Positions 26,365-34,973 of a stretch of 43,723 nucleotides of DNA are shown in pieces. The translations under genes were made by a program, and so were the position numbers. The stretch covers positions 1 to 43,723 of the forward strand of contig JAGODF010000002.1 of assembly GCA_017998375.1 (NCBI GenBank). Direction: 5' to 3'. How positions within the stretch are numbered: the first letter of the stretch is position 1; each line of letters opens with the position of its first letter. This stretch comes from Spirochaetota bacterium. GTDB lineage: Bacteria; Spirochaetota; UBA4802; JAGODF01. A model generated the notes under the pieces. It searched no databases. It was not told the origin of the DNA and worked only from the letters and a program-made list of their open reading frames with translations.

Positions 26365-26387
26365 TACCACCGTGAATAAACTTCCAT

Positions 26388-27323
26388 TCAGTCCGCCGGC
26401 CTGTTAAAGACGTTCAGGTAGCGAATGCTCCATTTAACGAAATCGGGCTCCACTATTGCAATTAGTTTTTTACCGGCATCCACCACGGCGCAGGGACCCT
26501 TTTCGGCGCCGGTGATATCGTCCACGTCGTCGGGACCGAAAGCCTGCCCGTTGAGCACCTTCGCCTCGCTCCCCGGTTTCATCGTCATCACGCCGAAGCC
26601 CTTGAGCGCCTCCAGGGGCCCTATCACCCATTTCCTGTCGGTAACGCCAGTTCCCGCCAGATCAGCCAGCCCGTCTATGGTCAGGGCATCGTCCACTGAA
26701 AACGGACCCGAGGATATTCTCCGGAGCTGTTCGAGGTACGCACCCGTTCCCAGGTATTCGCCTATGTCCCTCGCCAGGGATCGGATGTATGTTCCCTTGG
26801 AGCAGGTGACGTCGGCCCGGAGCAGGGTTTCGTCGCCCTCCACCCGATCGAGGGACAGGCTCCTGATCTCCACGTCCCGCGCCTTCAACTCGACGCTCTG
26901 CCCGGCCCTGACCCTGTCAGACGCGCGTCGGCCGGCGATTTTCAGCGCCGAGTAGTCCGGCGGAACCTGGGAGATAGCGCCCGTGAAAGCCGCCCGTGCG
27001 CCGTCCAGACTCTCCGCCGTCAGCCGCGGAACATCCCTGGTTTCCACCACCGCTCCTTCGGTGTCGAGCGTGTCGGTCACCGCGCCGAGGCGGATACGCG
27101 CCATGTACCGCTTCTCGTGCTCGAGGAAAAACCTCGAAAGCTTTGTCATCATCCCGGTGCAGACGACCAGGAGTCCCGACGCGAACTTGTCCAGGGTCCC
27201 GGAGTGGCCGATCTTCATCATCCCGGTGATCCGCTTTACTTTTTCGAGCGCGTCGTTGGACGTGATCCCCGCCGGCTTGTCGATCAGCAGCACGGCATTG
27301 TTCAGCTTTTCCCGGGACAGCAC
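26388..27323 (-). CDS. truB: tRNA pseudouridine(55) synthase
   Basis: LLIDKPAGITSNDAL and HSGTLDKFASGLLVV (catalytic Asp motif), plus a PUA-like C-terminus. GTG start at 27323. Confidence 0.93.
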   Translation of the reverse strand: MLSREKLNNAVLLIDKPAGITSNDALEKVKRITGMMKIGHSGTLDKFASGLLVVCTGMMTKLSRFFLEHEKRYMARIRLGAVTDTLDTEGAVVETRDVPRLTAESLDGARAAFTGAISQVPPDYSALKIAGRRASDRVRAGQSVELKARDVEIRSLSLDRVEGDETLLRADVTCSKGTYIRSLARDIGEYLGTGAYLEQLRRISSGPFSVDDALTIDGLADLAGTGVTDRKWVIGPLEALKGFGVMTMKPGSEAKVLNGQAFGPDDVDDITGAEKGPCAVVDAGKKLIAIVEPDFVKWSIRYLNVFNRPAD

Positions 27324-27330
27324 CGCGCCT

Positions 27331-27678
27331 TCACGAATCCTTGTTCACGTCTTCGATCAGCCCCACCATGCGGACGCCCTCTTCTATCGACGAATCCAGG
27401 AAAAATTTTATCCTCGGCGTGACGCGCAGCTTCAGGTGTTTGGCGATCAGGTGCTGGAGAAATCCCGCCGCGGACTCCGCGCCCGCCAGCGTCTTCTTCT
27501 TTTCCTTATCGTCGCCTATGACCGATATCCCCACGTTGACTGACGTGTAGTCCTTGCTGATCTTCGCTCCGGTCACCGTGATGAACCCTATCCGGGGATC
27601 CTTGATCTCCCGGAGAAACGCGTCCGCCACGATCCTCCTGATCTCGGCCTCCAGCTTTTCCTTCCTGAAACTCGTCAT
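27331..27678 (-). CDS. rbfA: ribosome-binding factor A
   Basis: 115 aa with RIVADAFLREIKDPRIGFITVTGAKISKDYTSVNVGISV. Canonical position between infB and truB. Confidence 0.9.
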   Translation of the reverse strand: MTSFRKEKLEAEIRRIVADAFLREIKDPRIGFITVTGAKISKDYTSVNVGISVIGDDKEKKKTLAGAESAAGFLQHLIAKHLKLRVTPRIKFFLDSSIEEGVRMVGLIEDVNKDS

Positions 27679-27700
27679 ATCATGCGCCCGGCGCGCTTCA

Positions 27701-30160
27701 CTATTCCAGCTTCTTCGCGACCTGGATCACGCGGTAGGTCTCGAACGCGTCGCTTTCCTTGACGTCGTTGAAACCGTCGAGCTGGATGCCGCATTCCTGC
27801 CCGGCATCGACCGATGACGCGTCGTCCTTGAATCGCTTCAGTGTTTTTATCACGCCGTCGTAGATGACCACCCCATCCCGCATCATCCGGAGCTTGTTCG
27901 TCTTCTCCACCTTGCCGCTTGTGACTATGCAGCCCGCAATGGAACCAACCTTCGATATCTTGAACACCTGGCGCACCTCGCCGCCGCCGGTGATCTCTTC
28001 TTTGAACTCGGGTGAGAGCATCCCCTCCATGGCCGCCTTGATGTCGTTGGTGACCTCGAAGATGATGTTGTAGAACTTGATGGAGACCTTTTCCTTCTCC
28101 GCCACGTCGAGCACGCGCGCCGTGGGCCTCACGTGGTAACCGATGATGACTGCGTTCGACGCCGATGCGAGCATCACGTCGGACTCGTTGATACCGCCCG
28201 TTCCCGAGTGGATTACCTTAACCCGGACCTCGCTCGTCGACAGCTTCTCGAGCGCCTCCTTGAGCGCCTGCATGGAACCGTCCACGTCCGCCTTGATGAT
28301 GACGCGCAGCTCCTGTACCTCGCCTTCCTTGATGAGCTCGTTGAGGGACTCCAGCGTCACCTTGCGCACCTTCTTCGCCGACTCCTGGCGCAGGAGCTCC
28401 TGCCGTTTCTGCGCTATCTGCTTGGCGTACTTCTCGGACTCGACCACCTCCACCGGGTCGCCCGCCGAGGGCACGCTCGAGATGCCGAGCACCTCCACCG
28501 GCATCGAGGGACCGGCCTCATCGACCGCATTCCCATGGTCATCGAACATCGCCCTTACCTTGCCGGAATATACCCCGATGACGAAGGAGTCGCCCACGTG
28601 CATGGTGCCGTTCTCCACCAGCACCGTGGCGACGGGTCCGCGCCCGGCATCGAGCTTCGCCTCTATCACCTTTCCTTTCGCCATGAGAGACGGATTCGCC
28701 CGCAGGTCTATCATTTCCGCCTGGAGCAGAATCTGTTCCAGAAGCTTTTCGATATTCAGGATCTTCTTCGCGCTTATCTCCGCATAGAGCGTGTGGCCGC
28801 CCCATGTTTCCTGCACAAGCCCGTAGTTGGCCAGCTCGTTGCGCACCCGCTCGGGGTTCGCGTTCGGAAGGTCGATTTTATTGAGAGCCACGACAATCGG
28901 CACCTCGGCGTCCTTGGCGTGGTTGATGGCTTCTATCGTCTGGGGTTTTACGCCGTCATCAGCGGCGACGACCAGCACCACGATGTCGGTTACCGACGCT
29001 CCCCGCGCGCGCATGGTGGTGAACGCCTCGTGGCCCGGCGTGTCGAGGAAGGTGATGGGGCGGTCGTTTATCTTCACCGTGTAGGCGCCGATGTGCTGTG
29101 TGATACCGCCGAACTCCCCGTCCACCACGTTTGTCTTCCTGATGGCGTCCAGGAGCTTCGTCTTACCGTGGTCGACGTGGCCCATCACGGTTACGATGGG
29201 AGGCCGCGGACGCCAGTCTTCCTCCTTGTCCTCCTCTTCCTTCTTGATGACCGTTTCCTGGTAGAGCGAAACCACCGACACCTCGGTCCCGTATTCCGAA
29301 GCGAGAATTTCCGCGGTCTCGGAGTCGATAACCTGGTTGATGGTTGCCATCATGCCGAGCTTCATCAGCTTCGCGATGAGCTCGCTCGCCTTTATGTTCA
29401 TCTTCTTCGCGAGATCGCCGACGCTGACGCTTTCGGTTATCTCGATGTTCTTCGGCGTGGTTATTTCGGCCGGCTTGTCTTCCCTGTATCCCGGCTTTTT
29501 TCTCCTGAGGACGATGTCCTTCCCTTCGCTGGAACGGGCCTTGTCCTTCTTGTAATCCTTCTTCTTGTCCTTATCCTTGGTCTTCTTCCTCTTGCCGGCG
29601 CCGTCTTTGCCGCCGAAAGGTTCCCCTTCTTTCTTCTTCTCCCCAGTTGCCCCGGGGGCGCCTCCCGGACCGGTCCTGGGCTTGAACAGGTTTTTCAGGT
29701 CCCTCGCCGGGGCGGGTTTGCCCCTGTCTCCGGCGGGACGCGGACGTGCCGTGGAGGCGTCCTTGAGTTCCCTTATTTCACCGCCACGCCTTCCCTCGAC
29801 GGGTTTTCGGTCCCTGGGCTTTTCACCGGCGGCGGCAGGCTTTTCCTTCGCGTCCGTGGCAGGCTTCGCCTCGCCTTCCTCGGGCTTTTCCTTTATGAGT
29901 TCCTTGGTGACATGAACCTTCCGCTTCAGCTTTATCTTCTTGCCTTTCTGATCGCGCCTCTCCGCGTTTTTCCTGAGGATCTCCTGGGCTTCCTTCGCCC
30001 GCTGGGCCTTGACCGTCTCGATCCTCTTCTCAACGAGGAAGATGTCGTTCCCGGTAATCTCGGAGTTCTCGTCGCCGCAGGAAATATCGAGCTCCTTGCA
30101 GATGATCAAAATATCATCGAACGAGACATGGTTGTTGTTTGCGATCTCAATGGCTTTCAT
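27701..30160 (-). CDS. infB: translation initiation factor IF-2
   Basis: G-domain motifs [16 protein letters not shown] and NKID. Lys/Glu-rich linker and IF2 C-terminal domains. 819 aa. Confidence 0.97.
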   Translation of the reverse strand: MKAIEIANNNHVSFDDILIICKELDISCGDENSEITGNDIFLVEKRIETVKAQRAKEAQEILRKNAERRDQKGKKIKLKRKVHVTKELIKEKPEEGEAKPATDAKEKPAAAGEKPRDRKPVEGRRGGEIRELKDASTARPRPAGDRGKPAPARDLKNLFKPRTGPGGAPGATGEKKKEGEPFGGKDGAGKRKKTKDKDKKKDYKKDKARSSEGKDIVLRRKKPGYREDKPAEITTPKNIEITESVSVGDLAKKMNIKASELIAKLMKLGMMATINQVIDSETAEILASEYGTEVSVVSLYQETVIKKEEEDKEEDWRPRPPIVTVMGHVDHGKTKLLDAIRKTNVVDGEFGGITQHIGAYTVKINDRPITFLDTPGHEAFTTMRARGASVTDIVVLVVAADDGVKPQTIEAINHAKDAEVPIVVALNKIDLPNANPERVRNELANYGLVQETWGGHTLYAEISAKKILNIEKLLEQILLQAEMIDLRANPSLMAKGKVIEAKLDAGRGPVATVLVENGTMHVGDSFVIGVYSGKVRAMFDDHGNAVDEAGPSMPVEVLGISSVPSAGDPVEVVESEKYAKQIAQKRQELLRQESAKKVRKVTLESLNELIKEGEVQELRVIIKADVDGSMQALKEALEKLSTSEVRVKVIHSGTGGINESDVMLASASNAVIIGYHVRPTARVLDVAEKEKVSIKFYNIIFEVTNDIKAAMEGMLSPEFKEEITGGGEVRQVFKISKVGSIAGCIVTSGKVEKTNKLRMMRDGVVIYDGVIKTLKRFKDDASSVDAGQECGIQLDGFNDVKESDAFETYRVIQVAKKLE

Positions 30161-30229
30161 GTATGTCCTTGCGTTGCGTTCTGGTTCTATCCGTCCTGCT
30201 TTCCCGGTCTCGCCTTACCGGGACATGTC

Positions 30230-31633
30230 CTATTCCTCGCTCTTGGGTTCATCTGCGGCTGTCTCACCGCCCTGTTCACCGGAGGCGCCATCCCCTTCCG
30301 GGGCGGCGGTCTCTTCCCCGCCTTCACCGCCTTCCTCCCCTTCTTCCTCGCCTTCGAAGTCTACAACCTCGGAGACTATATCCATTATCTTCTTGGCGGA
30401 CTTCTCGCCGATACCGTCTATCTTGATGAGGTCCTCGAAGGAGCGTTCCACGAGGTCCTCCACGGACAGGATGCCGCCGGCCTCCAGAAGCTTGATTATC
30501 CTGGGCTCAAGGCCGAGTTCCTCGAGCGGCGTCTCGTCCACGTCCTTCTTCGCGAAGAGCTGTTCCACCAGGGCGCGGGATTCGCTGGAGCTCAGGAACT
30601 CGCGGTACTGCTCCTCGGTCTTGATGTCGATGTCAAACCCGCAAAGACGGGAAGCGAGTTTCGCGTTGTGCCCGCCCTTCCCCACGGCGAGATTATACTG
30701 ATCCCTGTCCACGACGGCGATAACCCCGCCGCCCGAGGTTTCTATCACTTCCCTCACCCGCGCGGGCGTCAGCGAATTTGCCGCCATGGTCACCCTGTCG
30801 GGTGAGTATTCAACCACGTCAACCTTTTCGCCCTCGAGCTCGCGCACTATCGACTGGATGCGCACGCCCTTCATGCCAACGCAGGCGCCCACGCTGTCGA
30901 TGTCGTCGCGCTCGCTTGCGACCGCGACCTTGGTGCGCACGCCGGTGAAGCGGACTATGTTCACTATGCTGACGATCCCGTCGTACACCTCCGGGATCTC
31001 CATTTCGAAGAGCTTCTTGATGAACGTCGGGTGCGACCGCGAGAGGATGATGGTGGGGCCCTTGGAATCCTTGCCCACGCTCAGGACTATCGCCTTTATC
31101 CGATCGCCTATCTTGTAGTGCTCCAGGGGCGACTGTTCCTTCGCGGGAAGAATTCCCTCGGTCTTGCCGAGATCGACGAACATCTTGTCCTTGGTTTTCC
31201 TCTGGAGATAGCCGTTGATGAGCTCGTTCTCCTTGCCCTTGAAGTCGTTGAAGATGATGTTCTTCTCCGCTTCCTTTATCTTCTGTATGATGACCTGTTT
31301 CGCCGTCTGCGCCGCGATGCGCCCGAACGAGTCAAACGGATTTTCCTCGATATCGATTTCGTCTCCGAGTTTCACATCCGGGGAGACCTTTCTCGCCCTT
31401 TCCATCGATATCTCCTCGGCGGGATTCCGGGGATTGTTCACCACCATCTTCCGTGTCACGATCTTGACGCTGTTGTCGGTCCTGTCGAAGTTGACGCGCA
31501 CGTTGTTCGTGATGCCGTACTGCTTCTTGTACGCAGACAGCATTGCGGACTCGACGATCTCCTCGATGGCTTCCCTGGGGATGCTCTTTTCGTTCGCAAT
31601 CTGGTGCAACGCTTCAAAAAAATTACTGCTCAT
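30230..31633 (-). CDS. nusA: transcription termination/antitermination factor NusA (acidic C-terminal tail)
   Basis: S1 domain (YKIGDRIKAIV), KH domains (GACVGMKGVRIQSIV, AVGKGGHNAKLASRL), HhH-type repeats and a Glu/Gly-rich tail. SD AAGGA before ATG 31633. Confidence 0.95.
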   Translation of the reverse strand: MSSNFFEALHQIANEKSIPREAIEEIVESAMLSAYKKQYGITNNVRVNFDRTDNSVKIVTRKMVVNNPRNPAEEISMERARKVSPDVKLGDEIDIEENPFDSFGRIAAQTAKQVIIQKIKEAEKNIIFNDFKGKENELINGYLQRKTKDKMFVDLGKTEGILPAKEQSPLEHYKIGDRIKAIVLSVGKDSKGPTIILSRSHPTFIKKLFEMEIPEVYDGIVSIVNIVRFTGVRTKVAVASERDDIDSVGACVGMKGVRIQSIVRELEGEKVDVVEYSPDRVTMAANSLTPARVREVIETSGGGVIAVVDRDQYNLAVGKGGHNAKLASRLCGFDIDIKTEEQYREFLSSSESRALVEQLFAKKDVDETPLEELGLEPRIIKLLEAGGILSVEDLVERSFEDLIKIDGIGEKSAKKIMDIVSEVVDFEGEEEGEEGGEGGEETAAPEGDGASGEQGGETAADEPKSEE

Positions 31634-31726
31634 GACTCATCCTTCCGGTCGCTAACTGTAATATTTCGCGGGGACTCCCCTTCGGGTCCGGCCATCCCCC
31701 GCGTTGCGTGTACCCGCACGCCCGCG

Positions 31727-32176
31727 TCAGTACGACAGGTTCGCGCTCACTATCGCGGAAAACTCTATCGTCCTGTCCCCTTCCTCCGACTGTATGTCAA
31801 CCGAGCCCTTCGACACCGCGGAAATGGTTCCCTTGATGGCTTTCTTCATGTCGCCATCGTGGAAGACGATCTTCACGGGCGCCCCGGTGAACCTCCGGTA
31901 CTCCTCCACCGTGCGGATCTTTCTGTCAAGGCCGGGCGATGAAATCTCGAGGGAATAGTTCGGCAACACATCCATGCTGTCGAGCCTCCGCGCGAGGCTC
32001 CTGCTGAACATTTCGCAATCCTGGTGGGATATCCCGCGAAGATGATCGATTTTCACGATTACTCTGGAATTCTCTCCCCGCAACACAACGGACGCTTCGT
32101 ACACCATGTACTCCAGTTCATCGGCCGTTTCCTGCACGGCTTTGATGATCCTGTCTTTGTTGCTTGCGCCTTCCAT
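31727..32176 (-). CDS. rimP: ribosome maturation factor RimP
   Basis: ORF 31727-32308 trimmed to Met 32176, giving 149 aa, a typical RimP size. The longer TTG-initiated version would read through a strong terminator hairpin. Canonical position upstream of nusA. Confidence 0.8.
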   Translation of the reverse strand: MEGASNKDRIIKAVQETADELEYMVYEASVVLRGENSRVIVKIDHLRGISHQDCEMFSRSLARRLDSMDVLPNYSLEISSPGLDRKIRTVEEYRRFTGAPVKIVFHDGDMKKAIKGTISAVSKGSVDIQSEEGDRTIEFSAIVSANLSY

Positions 32177-32262
32177 GACCGGCTTCCATTCAATAATAAA
32201 GGCAACTGACGCCGCACGCCCCGGGACATTAAAAAAACTTTCTTCCCGCGCGTGCCCGCGTA

Positions 32263-32290
32263 CAAAAAAGAGAGTGGCCTCGCCACTCTC
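32263..32290 (-). terminator. rho-independent terminator inside the rimP-nusA-infB leader (attenuator candidate)
   Basis: Minus strand reads GAGAGTGGC-GAG-GCCACTCTC (perfect 9-bp stem) followed by TTTTTTG. It lies ~87 nt upstream of the rimP ATG. No minus-strand gene lies upstream of it. Confidence 0.75.
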
Positions 32291-32584
32291 CCAAACATGC
32301 AGTATCAATAGATAATATAACTAAGTACATCCTGAATATCAGATTACACTATCCGAATAGAGCTCAATAAAATCAAGTTTTTTTTACAAATCCATGCAAA
32401 ATACCCATTTCCTTTTGCGCGCCCGGGAATCCCGCGACAGCCGTTTCCGACTGCCTGTCCGGTCACCCCGGTTTTCCAATTATGCTTGAAAAAGAACCGG
32501 CGGCACCCCTCAATGTACCATCATACCGTAACACAATGTAGCGAGCACAACTCCCGCGGAAACAAACCATATGGAGGATACCCT

Positions 32585-33193
32585 ATGAACCTCATACATG
32601 CCATAGTATTCATACAGAGCTGGGGAGACAGCGACGAGCTGATTGGCGCGCTCAAGCGCGACTCCCATGTCATATCCCTGTTCCACATCATGGGCAGGCA
32701 CAGCTATCTCATCGACGCGAACTTCGACAACAAGCCCCAGCTGGAGGCGTGGGTGAAGCGCTTTAAATCTATCAATCTACAGTCCGGCGTTCCCGCGGTG
32801 ATATCCATCGAGACGCAGAAAATCATAGAAGTCTTCAAGTCGAAGACTGATTTCAACCTCGGCGATTACCAGGTGGTCGCGGAGAAGCACCACTTCTTCG
32901 TCAAGATCGACAACCCGCACGGCGACGAAAAGCTCATCACCCTCCTCCGCGACAGCGCTATCGTCCAGTCGAACCTGCATGTCCAGGGCGAGTGCTCTTT
33001 CATAGCCGAGGTCATCAGCGACGACTACTCGAGCTACAAGGAACTGCTCGCGAAGCTGAAGAAGCTCGAATCGATCCACCACATCGAGACGCAGGAGGTG
33101 ATATCGGTGCTCAAGTACCGCAACAGGGTGATGGACGAGCGCGGCAACCAGGTTTTCCCAAAGGACGACATCCGCGAGATGTATTCCCTTTGA
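32585..33193 (+). CDS. tandem Lrp/AsnC-type ligand-binding (RAM) domain protein without HTH
   Basis: ORF 32486-33193 trimmed to ATG 32585 (SD GGAGGA). Two ~80-aa units follow the RAM pattern: IHAIVFIQSWGD...VISLFHIMGRHSYLIDANF...SGVPAVISIETQKI and HHFFVKIDNPHGD...VQSNLHVQGECSFIAEVIS...ESIHHIETQEVISVL. Confidence 0.6.
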   Translation: MNLIHAIVFIQSWGDSDELIGALKRDSHVISLFHIMGRHSYLIDANFDNKPQLEAWVKRFKSINLQSGVPAVISIETQKIIEVFKSKTDFNLGDYQVVAEKHHFFVKIDNPHGDEKLITLLRDSAIVQSNLHVQGECSFIAEVISDDYSSYKELLAKLKKLESIHHIETQEVISVLKYRNRVMDERGNQVFPKDDIREMYSL

Positions 33194-33205
33194 TGAGAAA
33201 CCGGC

Positions 33206-33613
33206 ATGTCCAATATGATAGACAACCCGGTTGAGTACGCGCGCGACGTCGTCGGCAGGGACCCTTTCGCCACGCACCTGGGCGTGGCGGTCGAGGAGGC
33301 GCGCCAGGGGTACGCGCGCTGTTCCGTCACCGTGAAGCCGGAATACCTCAACGCCGTGGAGAGGGCCCACGGGGCGATAGTCTACGCCGTGGCCGACCAG
33401 GCCTTCGCCGTGGCCTGCAACTCCCTGGGCTCCATGGCGCTGGCCCTTTCCGTGAACATCAACTACGTCGCCGGGGCCCTGGACGGCGAGCGCATCTTCG
33501 CTGAGGCGGCCCCCGTGGAAACTGCGCGAAAAATCAGCGTCTGGAAAATCGAGGTGCGCGGCAACAACGACCGGCTCATCGCCACATGCACGGGCACGGC
33601 GTACCACAAGTGA
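33206..33613 (+). CDS. PaaI-family hotdog-fold thioesterase
   Basis: 135 aa with FATHLGVAVEEARQGYARCSVTV...NAVERAHGAIVYAVADQAFAVAC...KISVWKIEV. Layout typical of PaaI/YdiI-type thioesterases. Confidence 0.8.
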   Translation: MSNMIDNPVEYARDVVGRDPFATHLGVAVEEARQGYARCSVTVKPEYLNAVERAHGAIVYAVADQAFAVACNSLGSMALALSVNINYVAGALDGERIFAEAAPVETARKISVWKIEVRGNNDRLIATCTGTAYHK

Positions 33614-33620
33614 TTTTCTA

Positions 33621-33663
33621 TTGACAGCAACCGATATCATCCTGTACCATGCGGCAGGATGAT
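33621..33663 (+). promoter_or_regulatory. candidate promoter with an operator-like 9-bp inverted repeat, upstream of lipoprotein-dapA-dapB-regulator
   Basis: TTGACA (33621-33626), 18-nt spacer, TACCAT (33645-33650). The perfect inverted repeat ATCATCCTG-N10-CAGGATGAT (33636-33663) brackets the -10. Confidence 0.35.
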
Positions 33664-33714
33664 GGCAAGCCGGCCGCCATTCCCCCAATAACGGACCCGT
33701 TGCAGGTATCCCTG

Positions 33715-34083
33715 ATGACACCAATGATGAAACGCGCCCTCGTCTTCGCCTGCGCCATAGCGGCATGCCTCGCTCTGTCGTGCACCACGTTCATGCGCGA
33801 CGAACAGGCCGACGACCTGATGAAGCTCGACAAGGCCGAGGCCGTCATGCGGAAACCCGTCACCAGGGACGATTACAAACTAGAACAGGGCCAGCGGGTG
33901 AAGCTCCAGCTCCTGCTTACCGACGATTCCATCAGGGTCTACGCGTACCCGGCCGCCGTGGACTTCCTGAAATCGAACCGCATACTCATACTGCACATGT
34001 TCGAGGACGACTTCAAGGACGGAGTCTTCGACAGGAAAATCTTCATCGACAAGCTCGGCGAAACAGTATCAATTGATAAATGA
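33715..34083 (+). CDS. small hypothetical lipoprotein
   Basis: ORF 33649-34083 trimmed to MTPMMKRALVFACAIAACLALSC (lipobox LALSC). The start could also be 33724 or 33727. Its stop overlaps the dapA region. Confidence 0.55.
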   Translation: MTPMMKRALVFACAIAACLALSCTTFMRDEQADDLMKLDKAEAVMRKPVTRDDYKLEQGQRVKLQLLLTDDSIRVYAYPAAVDFLKSNRILILHMFEDDFKDGVFDRKIFIDKLGETVSIDK

Positions 34084-34094
34084 AGGGTGCTGAT

Positions 34095-34973
34095 ATGTTT
34101 ACCGGATTATACACCGCCCTGGTGACGCCTTTCCGGAACGGGGCCATAGACTACGACGCCGCGGCGCGAATCATCGAGTTCCAGGTCGCCCAAGGCGTCG
34201 ACGGGATAGTTCCCGTGGGTACCACGGGTGAATCGCCCACCGTCTCCTTCAACGAGCACAAGGAGTTCATCAGGAAGGTGGTCGACATCGTGAAGGGCCG
34301 CGTGAAGGTCATCGCGGGGACCGGCTCCAACTCCACCGAGGAGGCCATCTGTCTCTCCCGCTCGGCGCAGGACCACGGCGTGGACGGAGTCCTGCTCGTG
34401 AATCCCTACTACAACAGGCCCACCCAGAAGGGACTCATCCAGCATTTCGCGAAAATCGCCGGTTCCATCAAGATACCGGTTGTCCTCTACAACATACCCG
34501 GCCGCACGGGAGTGAATTTTCTCCCTGAGAGCGTCCGCGACCTGCTGAAGGAATGCGGCAACATCGTCGCCATAAAGGAAGCCTCGGGCGACATCAACCA
34601 GATGATGCGGGTGATTGAACTCTGCGGCGACAGGCTCACGCTCCTCTCCGGGGACGACAACCTGCTTCTGCCTGTGCTTTCCATCGGCGGGCGCGGGGTG
34701 ATATCGGTGCTCTCAAACATACTCCCCGCGGATGTGAAGAAGGTCATCACCCTCTACGAAAGCGGAAGCGTCGGCGAGGCGAGGAAGCTCTTTTACCGGC
34801 TTCTGCCGCTCTGCCGCGCCATGTTCCTGGAAACCAATCCCATACCTGTGAAGAAAGCGATGGAACTTCTCGGCTACTGCTTGCCGGAAATCCGCCTTCC
34901 TCTCACGCAACTGGGACCTGAAAACACGGAGCTCCTGAAAAAGGCATTGCGTGACTACGGGCTTTTGAAATGA
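34095..34973 (+). CDS. dapA: 4-hydroxy-tetrahydrodipicolinate synthase
   Basis: MFTGLYTALVTPF start, like other DapA proteins. GTTGES motif and the Schiff-base Lys context VAIKEASGD. SD AAGGGTG upstream of ATG 34095. Confidence 0.95.
   Translation: MFTGLYTALVTPFRNGAIDYDAAARIIEFQVAQGVDGIVPVGTTGESPTVSFNEHKEFIRKVVDIVKGRVKVIAGTGSNSTEEAICLSRSAQDHGVDGVLLVNPYYNRPTQKGLIQHFAKIAGSIKIPVVLYNIPGRTGVNFLPESVRDLLKECGNIVAIKEASGDINQMMRVIELCGDRLTLLSGDDNLLLPVLSIGGRGVISVLSNILPADVKKVITLYESGSVGEARKLFYRLLPLCRAMFLETNPIPVKKAMELLGYCLPEIRLPLTQLGPENTELLKKALRDYGLLK

Noticed and set aside
28133-30805. 890-aa ORF on the plus strand spanning infB and nusA antisense.
   Set aside because: It lies entirely antisense to two unmistakable conserved genes. 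Its translation is Arg/Leu/Gly/His/Pro-rich low-complexity sequence with no motifs. Long antisense ORFs are expected in ~60% GC DNA because stop codons are rare.
32177-32308. TTG-initiated 44-codon extension of rimP.
   Set aside because: It would place a perfect 9-bp terminator hairpin plus T-tract inside the coding sequence and give an atypically long RimP. The internal ATG 32176 yields a canonical ~150-aa protein.
32777-33766. 329-aa minus-strand ORF antisense to the RAM-domain and PaaI genes.
   Set aside because: It spans two plus-strand genes and their spacer, has no motifs and shows the typical antisense composition.
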